DNA from: a bacterium | Lineage (GTDB): Bacteria > JAMOTN01 | DNA length: 43,893 nucleotides | Direction: 5' to 3' | NCBI GenBank assembly: GCA_027062325.1 | Contig: JAMOTN010000029.1 | Span: 1 to 43,893, forward strand | Shown: positions 31,976 to 39,423 of the stretch, piece by piece | Position numbering within the stretch: position 1 is the first letter of the stretch | Layout of the letters: each line of letters opens with the position of its first letter | Translations under genes and position numbers: made by a program | The notes under the pieces: model-generated | Seen by the model: only the letters and a program-made list of their open reading frames with translations | Databases searched by the model: none | What the model was told of the DNA's origin: nothing

Positions 31976-32530
31976 AAGCCGTTTTTCAAAAGCAGCATAC
32001 GGAAGACTTGACAAAGTCATACTTCACTATGCAACAAATATCTTGAAGATGCCCCCTTTTTGGAAAGTTGGGGCTGTTTTTTTTACAACCTTTTGAGGAA
32101 AAAAACTTCTAATGTAGCAACTGTCAACGCTACCACCAACGCCAACAGCAGCGTAAAATTTACACCTGCACAAAAATTTGCACTAAACGACGACTCCCCT
32201 AATTGATGGCTATTTTAAACTCATTTAAAATGCCCTTCCGGCTTGTCCGCACAAGGATAAAATGGGGAAGCATATCTATATCTGCTAAATTTTATTTTTG
32301 AGGCAGATGGCCTCTCCTTATTGCTTATTTTTCTTATTCTTTCCAATTTTCCCAAGCAACTACTTAATAATACTTTTTTCATCAATATTTCCTTAACTCC
32401 CCGCCAATTAATAATTTACACCACAGATATTTCTCGCTTTCATAGTAAGTTGGACAAGTCTTAGCAATAGTTCAGAGCCCAAATAAATAGACTCCCAAAA
32501 AGCAAAACAAACACTAAAAAAGAAGCATTT

Positions 32531-32557
32531 AAAAAGGGGAGGTGAATTCACCTCCCC
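32531..32557 (-). terminator. Intrinsic terminator downstream of P5C dehydrogenase
   Basis: Perfect palindrome GGGGAGGTGAATTCACCTCCCC followed by TTTTT on the minus strand. Confidence 0.85.
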
Positions 32558-32605
32558 CGCTTATCACCTTCTCCAACACAGTTATCCACTACCCTAATCC
32601 GCAAC

Positions 32606-32645
32606 CTTAACTTAACCTAACTTAACTTAACTTAACTCTTAACTT
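32606..32645. repeat. CTTAA pentanucleotide tandem repeat (about 7 units)
   Basis: CTTAA CTTAA CCTAA CTTAA CTTAA CTTAA CT CTTAA CTT. Confidence 0.85.
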
Positions 32646-32654
32646 CCAAACCAC

Positions 32655-34274
32655 CTATCCTAGGAAAGGATACCTCCAATCCTCTGGTGGCAAGAACGTC
32701 TCTTTGATCGTGCGTGGCGTCACCCATCTATAAAGATTCAACTTACTTCCAGCCTTATCATTAGTTCCACTTGCCCTGCTTCCCCCAAACGGCTGCTGTC
32801 CAACAACAGCGCCAGTGGGCTTGTCATTAATGTAGAAGTTTCCGGCACTCCAACGGAGAACTTTTTCTGCCTTTTCCACAGCCTCCCTGTCATTGGCAAA
32901 CACAGCACCAGTCAATCCATAAGGACTCGTCTCATTGCACAACTCAAGCACTTCCTCATACTTTGCATCTTCATAAACATAAACCGTCAAAACCGGACCA
33001 AATATCTCTTCTTGCATAAGTCTATGCTTTGGATCTTTCACCTGCACCACATAAGGCCATATAAAGTATCCCTTGCTGTCATCATACTTTCCTTCCACAA
33101 CAATCTCTGCGTCTTTATCTTCTTTTGCAAACTCAACATAACTTACTATTTTATCGAACGCTGCCTTATCAATCACAGCATTTATAAAGTTAGAAAAGTC
33201 CTCTGGTCCCCCAACTTTCATCTGTGCTACCTCTTCTCTCATCAACTTCAAAACCTCATCCCACTTGCTTGCAGGTATATAAGCACGCGAAGCTGCACTG
33301 CACTTCTGTCCTTGATACTCGAAAGCTCCCCTCAAAAGTGCAACAACCGTTGCCTTCACATCAGCAGATGGGTGCATCACAACAAAATCCTTACCACCTG
33401 TCTCACCAACAATTCTTGGGTAATTCTTGAACTTATTTATATTGCGCCCAATCTCTGTCCAAATATAATTGAAAGTACTGCTTGATCCAGTAAAGTGAAC
33501 TCCTGCCAAATCAGGATGCGAAAATGCAAACTCTCCAAAATCGCGTCCGCGAGATGGTACAAAATTAATAACACCAGCTGGCAATCCAGCTTCCTGCAAT
33601 ATTTTCATAACAAAATAGTTAGAATAAATAACATTTGTAGCAGGTTTCCACAATGCGACACATCCCATCATTGCAGGAGAAGTAGGCAAGTTTCCTGCAA
33701 TGGATATAAAGTTAAACGGAGGAATGGCCGCAACAAAACCCTCTAACGGCCTGTATTCAACACGATTCCACGTTCCAGTTGGCGAATACATCGGCTGCTC
33801 CGAATAAATCTCTGCCGCATAATAAGCATTAAATCTCCAAAAATCTATAAGCTCTGCTATATCAATCTCTGCCTGAAAAGGATTCTTAGAGTGAACAAGC
33901 ATTGTCACAGCATCCATAAAGTAACGATATTTCTTACTGAGAAGCTCTGCCGCCTTCAAAAACACAGCAACTCTTTGATACCAAGGCAACTCAGCCCAAA
34001 CCTTGTGAGCCTCCTTAGCAGCCTCAACTGCCTCTTCAAGCTCCTTTTCCGTCGCAAGATGTGCAATCCCTATCACCTTTTTATAATCAGAAGGAAGCGT
34101 AAGCTCAACAGTCTTTCCAGTCTTTACTTCCTTTCCTCCAATAATAAGCGGAATCTCAATAGGCTCTCCATTTAAAATCTTTTCAATTTCCCGCAAAGTT
34201 TCATCTCTTTCCTTTGTCCCGGGTGCGAAGCTCAAAATCGGCTCATTCACCGGTGTCGGTACTTTATATATCAT
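32655..34274 (-). CDS. pruA: 1-pyrroline-5-carboxylate dehydrogenase
   Basis: NEP, PFNF, FTGS, GETGGKD, FEYQGQKCSA, EEIFGP, QPFGGSRASGTNDKAG. Confidence 0.95.
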   Translation of the reverse strand: MIYKVPTPVNEPILSFAPGTKERDETLREIEKILNGEPIEIPLIIGGKEVKTGKTVELTLPSDYKKVIGIAHLATEKELEEAVEAAKEAHKVWAELPWYQRVAVFLKAAELLSKKYRYFMDAVTMLVHSKNPFQAEIDIAELIDFWRFNAYYAAEIYSEQPMYSPTGTWNRVEYRPLEGFVAAIPPFNFISIAGNLPTSPAMMGCVALWKPATNVIYSNYFVMKILQEAGLPAGVINFVPSRGRDFGEFAFSHPDLAGVHFTGSSSTFNYIWTEIGRNINKFKNYPRIVGETGGKDFVVMHPSADVKATVVALLRGAFEYQGQKCSAASRAYIPASKWDEVLKLMREEVAQMKVGGPEDFSNFINAVIDKAAFDKIVSYVEFAKEDKDAEIVVEGKYDDSKGYFIWPYVVQVKDPKHRLMQEEIFGPVLTVYVYEDAKYEEVLELCNETSPYGLTGAVFANDREAVEKAEKVLRWSAGNFYINDKPTGAVVGQQPFGGSRASGTNDKAGSKLNLYRWVTPRTIKETFLPPEDWRYPFLG

Positions 34275-34363
34275 TATCTCCCCACCTCCAAGTAAAGAAA
34301 ATTACAAAAACATCACCCCGACCAGCCCACCCCTATTTTATCAAAATATAAACCCATATAAAA

Positions 34364-34390
34364 TGTCACAAATTCTTTCAACCTCCCTTC
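34364..34390 (+). promoter_or_regulatory. Candidate ECF-type promoter 1: TGTCACA-N16-CTTC
   Basis: Same motif and spacing as 37279-37305 (-) and 38888-38914 (+); just upstream of an AAGGAGGT RBS. Confidence 0.6.
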
Positions 34391-34414
34391 TTATTCAATA
34401 AGGAGGTGGTCAAT

Positions 34415-34618
34415 ATGATCATGCTAAAATTGCGCTGCCCTTATAACCCTACTATCAAGTGTCCATGGTATAATCGAAGTTTTGGTAAATGTGAAAGCTG
34501 TCCTGTGAAGAAAGGGAGCAAAAACTCTACAATTGGAAAACTCATCGATACACTAATTGAGATAATATTCAAAGATCCTCAAGTAATATTTAGAGATCCA
34601 CCTTTTCCTTTCATTTAA
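34415..34618 (+). CDS. Small four-cysteine protein (67 aa)
   Basis: AAGGAGGT RBS before ATG at 34415; C-x7-C-x9-C-x2-C. Confidence 0.7.
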   Translation: MIMLKLRCPYNPTIKCPWYNRSFGKCESCPVKKGSKNSTIGKLIDTLIEIIFKDPQVIFRDPPFPFI

Positions 34619-34638
34619 TAAGTCAAGGGGGTGGAAGT

Positions 34639-34959
34639 ATGAAAATATCCCTTTATGAATTTATAGAGAAGTTATTCAACTCAGAATTCAAACTCACTGT
34701 CGTATTCAAAGGTGAAAACGAAGAAAACACCTATTACGCTTTCGTTCACAACAGAAAAAATATACTCATACCCGTTACCAAACTTCCAAAATTATTTGTC
34801 GAAGCTTTCGAATATTTCTTAGAATTTAGAGGACTTGAAGAACCACCAAATCCAATTTTAGACCTAGCCGATTACTTTCAATTCGTAGTAGAAGAATTCA
34901 AAATAAAAAATGTCCCAATTTACGCAGAGATGCAGCTCATCTATCCCGACAAAACGTAA
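34639..34959 (+). CDS. Hypothetical protein (106 aa)
   Basis: GGGGGTGG RBS; co-oriented with the Cys-rich ORF. Confidence 0.65.
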   Translation: MKISLYEFIEKLFNSEFKLTVVFKGENEENTYYAFVHNRKNILIPVTKLPKLFVEAFEYFLEFRGLEEPPNPILDLADYFQFVVEEFKIKNVPIYAEMQLIYPDKT

Positions 34960-36175
34960 GAACAATCTCGTACTTATCATTGCTACTAACATAGTTCAAG
35001 AGGTGAACCACTAATTCTGTCTTATATTTTACCATTAAAGCACTATTTACCCCGTGCAACTCTTTCCACAAACCAGCAACAAACCATCCACCTAAGTATA
35101 CTGCACCATCAACTCCAAGCATCAAATGAACAGTTTGCACTCTATTATTTCCTAAAATGCCTTTTATTAATTCACTCAATTCGTTAAAATACTTTGGAAA
35201 ATTTTTCAGGCAGCTTTCATGTAAAGCATCGCCACTTTCAAACCTGTAAATTTTCACATTTTCCTCTGGAAAACCATCTGGTGGGACATAAGCATTCATA
35301 CCTACCTTCTTATCACCATCTCCCCCAAAATAAACCCCAACAGGCTTTTTTTGTACTATACTAGGGTTAACACTCTTTCTCTCTTTTGACCTTAAAAGAA
35401 TAAACAACTCGTTCCTTTCAAACTTAACTAAAAATTTACCTATCCACTCCAACAAAAAATTCAATTTGACCCCTTTTCTCACTGTCCATTCATAAGTTTT
35501 TGTAAAATAAGTTAAAAGCGAAATGAATCTTCTTTCTTCTATTTTTCTACATTCAGGCAACTTTTTTAACAACTCAGCTTTCTTCTCATCGTGAGCTCTC
35601 TTCAAATACCCATCCTTTAAAACCCCTGTAAAGGCAAACTCTTCTAAATCTTCTCTTACTTCCAAACCTAAATTCTCAAAAATCGCAGAAACAAATCCTA
35701 TCAAAAATGCCAAATTCCATGACATACCTGTCAGTATCTTATGCAAACCAATATCAGTCAATTCAAATCCTAAAATCAACTCCATTTCTAACTCTTCAAA
35801 ATAATTGCTTTTTAAAACATCTATCCAAACCCTCTTATATCCCTTTTCCCTAAATAAAACTTTCTCCAATTCATCTCTTAACTTTTCCAGACCTCCCTCA
35901 AGCTCTTTTAACCATGAAAGTTTCTCTTTTCCTACATTAATTTTTTCTAAAATTCGCCCCAACTCTTTCTTATTGGCAACATTAAAAACCCATATCTTGT
36001 AAATATCCAACTCTTCATCCACAATTACTGGAAAATTCACCTTAGTAATACAGTTAGTCTCTAAAAAATCTATAAAATCTGCCCTCTCAGCTTTAAGTTT
36101 CCACAAACCGCCATTTTTAATCTTACCAGTAGTAAAATCACATTTCCATTCAAGGAAAATTAATCCACGTTCCAT
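34937..36175 (-). CDS. Lon-type protease domain plus SAVED/CARF-like lobe (CalpL-like)
   Basis: TGMS152WNLA...FAFTGVLKDG...EKK199AE Ser-Lys dyad pattern; C-terminal VHLMLGV...LNYVSSNDKYEIVL resembles a SAVED C-lobe; CRISPR context. Confidence 0.65.
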   Translation of the reverse strand: MERGLIFLEWKCDFTTGKIKNGGLWKLKAERADFIDFLETNCITKVNFPVIVDEELDIYKIWVFNVANKKELGRILEKINVGKEKLSWLKELEGGLEKLRDELEKVLFREKGYKRVWIDVLKSNYFEELEMELILGFELTDIGLHKILTGMSWNLAFLIGFVSAIFENLGLEVREDLEEFAFTGVLKDGYLKRAHDEKKAELLKKLPECRKIEERRFISLLTYFTKTYEWTVRKGVKLNFLLEWIGKFLVKFERNELFILLRSKERKSVNPSIVQKKPVGVYFGGDGDKKVGMNAYVPPDGFPEENVKIYRFESGDALHESCLKNFPKYFNELSELIKGILGNNRVQTVHLMLGVDGAVYLGGWFVAGLWKELHGVNSALMVKYKTELVVHLLNYVSSNDKYEIVLTFCRDR

Positions 36176-36194
36176 CTCTATACCTCATAAATCC

Positions 36195-37226
36195 CTATAC
36201 TTCTTCAATATCAATCACAACTTCCCCTGCCTTCATAAGAGCAAACATAACTTTTAGTTCTTCTCCTTTTTGGGCATCTCCTTTATTATCTAAAATCAAT
36301 GGTAACATATCAATCTCAAACTCTAATTCATCTCTTTGATTATTCCTCTTGTTAATAAAAACCAACTTATATTTTCTTCCTCTCTCAAGTTTTTCCATAA
36401 CTTCGTCTAATATATCAATAAACAAACTAACCTTTTCTTTATACTCAACTAATTTAACCATCACCTTTTCAAATTTTTTAACTTTTTCTGGTCCTTCTGC
36501 AGCAGCCGCTAACACTATCCGTTCCTGTGGAGGACATAAGTAACTCTTTAAAACTTCATAAACTTTATTTAATACAATAACTTGAGCAGATTTACCCGAT
36601 AAAACAACCTGCTCTTTTTTTTTAACATCTGCAATTTCTAATAATTCGTCGAAATACACCAATTTCCAATTTATTTCAGCTAAGATTGATCTAACTTCTA
36701 ACCGAAAGTCTCCTTTTTTAAGGTACGGTATGCCCCGAGACAGAATAAAATGTTTTAGATCTACTGATAAAATTAAATTTGAAGCTTCTCCAACTCCTGT
36801 TAATTTTTTTATTACTTCCGCCACCTCTTCAGGAACATAAGAAACTAAATAGCAAATTTTCCTTATCGAATTCAAACTTAACGTGCAGACAGCATCTGTA
36901 AATACTGCCCACACTCCTCCTTTCATATCTCTTACCACCCAATCCTGCATATCCGCAAGAATGTGATATTTACTCACAAGCACCACATCTGCCATTTCTC
37001 CATCTTCATCTAATATCAAAATCCCAAAATCCTCAGCCCCCTCGAATACATATAAATCTCCTTCCGAAAAAATTACTGGATAATTTTTCTTCTCCTTCTC
37101 ATTTAACACTTCTAAATATTTTCCTTCAAACATTTCTTTCAAACTTCGTGCTTTTTCTAATATTTCCTCCTCATTATATTTTCCTAATATTTCCTCAACC
37201 TTTCTCTTTAATGCTTCCAACTTCAT
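36195..37226 (-). CDS. Putative anti-sigma factor/protease target (CalpT-like)
   Basis: EGDLYVF...VVLVSKYHILADMQDWVV...YLVSYVPEE resembles a MazF/PemK-like fold; LAAAAE linker; between sigma and protease genes. Confidence 0.55.
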   Translation of the reverse strand: MKLEALKRKVEEILGKYNEEEILEKARSLKEMFEGKYLEVLNEKEKKNYPVIFSEGDLYVFEGAEDFGILILDEDGEMADVVLVSKYHILADMQDWVVRDMKGGVWAVFTDAVCTLSLNSIRKICYLVSYVPEEVAEVIKKLTGVGEASNLILSVDLKHFILSRGIPYLKKGDFRLEVRSILAEINWKLVYFDELLEIADVKKKEQVVLSGKSAQVIVLNKVYEVLKSYLCPPQERIVLAAAAEGPEKVKKFEKVMVKLVEYKEKVSLFIDILDEVMEKLERGRKYKLVFINKRNNQRDELEFEIDMLPLILDNKGDAQKGEELKVMFALMKAGEVVIDIEEV

Positions 37227-37278
37227 CGCTGACCCCTCCCTGCTTAGTAGTTTGTCTTAAAGCTTCTCCATTTTGTAG

Positions 37279-37305
37279 GACCTATGTAACTACCTTCTTG
37301 TGACA
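37279..37305 (-). promoter_or_regulatory. Candidate ECF-type promoter 2: TGTCACA-N16-GGTC
   Basis: Overlaps the sigma gene stop and points at the CalpT-like gene about 50 nt downstream. Confidence 0.55.
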
Positions 37306-38136
37306 AAACAATTTTTTAATTTTTTCCCAGCACAACTTCGCACTTTCAAACTCCAACTTATCTAACTCTTCTTTGGCAATTTCTTGCATCTCCTCACTAC
37401 ACAAATACAAAGCAATTAAACATTCCTCGACTACTTCAGATAATTCTTCTTCTGCTAAGAAAAACTCTTTCCATTCTTCTTCAACAGTTTTCCAAAACTC
37501 CTTTAACTTTTTCTCAGCTCTTGACTTCTGCTTTCTAGCAACCGCAGGCATAGAAAATTTATAAATTTCTCTGCACTCATCAACAACACTGTGAATACCT
37601 CTCACAATATTTTTTAACATCGTCCAAAACATTCCTACCAATTCAGCAGGAGTAAAATTTAGGAACTTTTTCATCTCTTCAATAAATGCTTCATAGTAAT
37701 CAAGCTGAGGAATAGAAAACTTCTTATTCAAATTCTCTAATTTCTCAATATCCAACTTTTCATTATCATCCAAACTATCAATCTGTAGCTGATACTTTTT
37801 CTTCTCTTCTTCCAAATAGCTTGACCAACTATGAATAACAGTGGTTTTGAAATAATTATAATATTTACCCCACTCTCCAGATTTCGGATCAAATGCCAAG
37901 GTTTTATTTTTCATTGCTTTCTCAATTTTATGCAAGTACTTATCAATAAAATCCTCTATTATTAAGAATGGCAAATCTGGAAATTTTTTTCTGATAATTT
38001 TAACCATAATTTTTTCAACACTATTTTGCAACTCTGCTACTGCCTTCAGACTAACACCAGCATTTTCATCATGCAAAATCCTAAAATAATAGTAGAGTAC
38101 ATGAGCCGGAGTTTCCTTCCTATTCACTGTAATCAC
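37282..38136 (-). CDS. Divergent sigma70/ECF-like factor (CalpS-like)
   Basis: Region 2-like FDPKSG..YYNYFKTTVIHSWSSYLEEEKK..IDSLDD; region 4-like end VARKQKSRAEKKLKEF. Confidence 0.65.
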   Translation of the reverse strand: MITVNRKETPAHVLYYYFRILHDENAGVSLKAVAELQNSVEKIMVKIIRKKFPDLPFLIIEDFIDKYLHKIEKAMKNKTLAFDPKSGEWGKYYNYFKTTVIHSWSSYLEEEKKKYQLQIDSLDDNEKLDIEKLENLNKKFSIPQLDYYEAFIEEMKKFLNFTPAELVGMFWTMLKNIVRGIHSVVDECREIYKFSMPAVARKQKSRAEKKLKEFWKTVEEEWKEFFLAEEELSEVVEECLIALYLCSEEMQEIAKEELDKLEFESAKLCWEKIKKLFCHKKVVT

Positions 38137-38155
38137 TCCTTCAAAATAGTACTAT

Positions 38156-38827
38156 TTATTCAACAGCTAAAACTCTCTCAATAAACTTCAAAGCTTCCCT
38201 TCTCCCTCCAAACATTTTTATCAAATCAACTCCATGTTTTCTCGCGCATTCTCTAAATACGCTTTCACTTTTTCTAATATAATTCCAATATCTACTATTC
38301 AAGTAAATTTTCCTCACCCTTTTCTTTTTAGGATTAATTCCTATGTAACTAGCATTTTCCATCAAATACTCCCTACATTCTCCCTCAATACTAACCATAT
38401 CCCATTTAACAGATAAAAGATCAATTTTCAAATTTTTTACTCCTAGAAATTTAGGATAACTTGTAAGAAACAGTAATCGCTCTCCTTTTAAAAACCTCCA
38501 CCTTAAAACTGGTCGCCTGTCTTTATTCCCTAACCATCTCTCTACAACCTCTCTCAACTCTTGAGGCAAATTTTTATCAAACCTCCAGAAAATCTTATTT
38601 TTCAAATACCCAAACGTCACTGTTGAATTTTTCTCAACAATTCTAATAATCTCATCATCTGACATCTTTTTCTTAAACTTAAACTTTCTCCTATTCCTAA
38701 ATTTAACATTCCTTTTATTCTTACTTCTCTTAGTAGTTTCTCCATCCTCACTATCGCCACTTGAGCTAAAAATAAAATAACCAGCCGCCATTAACATCCC
38801 CAAAATTACTCCACCTAAACCGTTCAT
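38156..38827 (-). CDS. Hypothetical basic membrane-anchored protein
   Basis: N-terminal TM, Lys/Arg-rich; GGGGGA RBS; 19 nt upstream of the sigma gene. Confidence 0.65.
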   Translation of the reverse strand: MNGLGGVILGMLMAAGYFIFSSSGDSEDGETTKRSKNKRNVKFRNRRKFKFKKKMSDDEIIRIVEKNSTVTFGYLKNKIFWRFDKNLPQELREVVERWLGNKDRRPVLRWRFLKGERLLFLTSYPKFLGVKNLKIDLLSVKWDMVSIEGECREYLMENASYIGINPKKKRVRKIYLNSRYWNYIRKSESVFRECARKHGVDLIKMFGGRREALKFIERVLAVE

Positions 38828-38887
38828 AACTTATCCCCCCATATTTTCCAACAAAAATTCACTATCTATATTTTACTTCTTTGAAAC

Positions 38888-38914
38888 TGTCACAAAAAAC
38901 AAACCTCCCCCATC
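38888..38914 (+). promoter_or_regulatory. Candidate ECF-type promoter 3: TGTCACA-N16-CATC
   Basis: Same motif and spacing as the other two; followed by AAGGAGGTGGT and ATG at 38951. Confidence 0.6.
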
Positions 38915-38950
38915 TTTCTATAAATACCCCAATTCAAGGAGGTGGTAACA

Positions 38951-39013
38951 ATGATGATCCTCATCTTTTGGATATTTCTTAATTTAAAAAACAAAACAAA
39001 AAACCTCCCTTAA
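38951..39013 (+). CDS. Possible 20-aa peptide MMILIFWIFLNLKNKTKNLP
   Basis: Consensus RBS AAGGAGGT at good spacing; below the ORF-track cutoff. Confidence 0.35.
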   Translation: MMILIFWIFLNLKNKTKNLP

Positions 39014-39037
39014 TCTCACTTATCATCTCCAAAACCT

Positions 39038-39361
39038 CTACGCAATAATACCAGAAAACTTATTCTTAAAGTAATTCTCAACTTTCCTTAAATTTGCCTT
39101 AACTTTATTCAACACTTTGTCTTCAACAGATGTTATAAACAAATTGTCATCCTCATCCAATATTTTCTCAAGCTCTTTTAACACCTTATCAAGTTGCCTC
39201 TTTGACAAGTAACATGCAAACACACTGAACTGAACATCAACACCATACCTTCTAAGTAACTCCAAAATTTTTCTATCCTTTTTAGAATACCTAGTCCTAT
39301 CTTTCGCTCTAATATCATAAGATATGATGTAAATCTTTTTAGAAACCGTCATACATATCAC
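39038..39361 (-). CDS. cas2: CRISPR-associated Cas2 (second copy)
   Basis: YIISYDI...LRRYGVDVQFSVF...DDNLFI. Confidence 0.9.
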   Translation of the reverse strand: MICMTVSKKIYIISYDIRAKDRTRYSKKDRKILELLRRYGVDVQFSVFACYLSKRQLDKVLKELEKILDEDDNLFITSVEDKVLNKVKANLRKVENYFKNKFSGIIA

Positions 39362-39423
39362 TTGTCCTCTTGGTAGTCATAAGACTCCCTTACTAACACA
39401 ACTCTCCCTAAAAATTCATCTTT

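Noticed and set aside
1767-34175. Many short antisense or overlapping ORFs in the track (e.g. 2127-2519, 5802-6266, 11704-12153, 29301-29573, 33012-33485)
   Set aside because: They lie opposite well-supported genes and show no motifs; shadow ORFs
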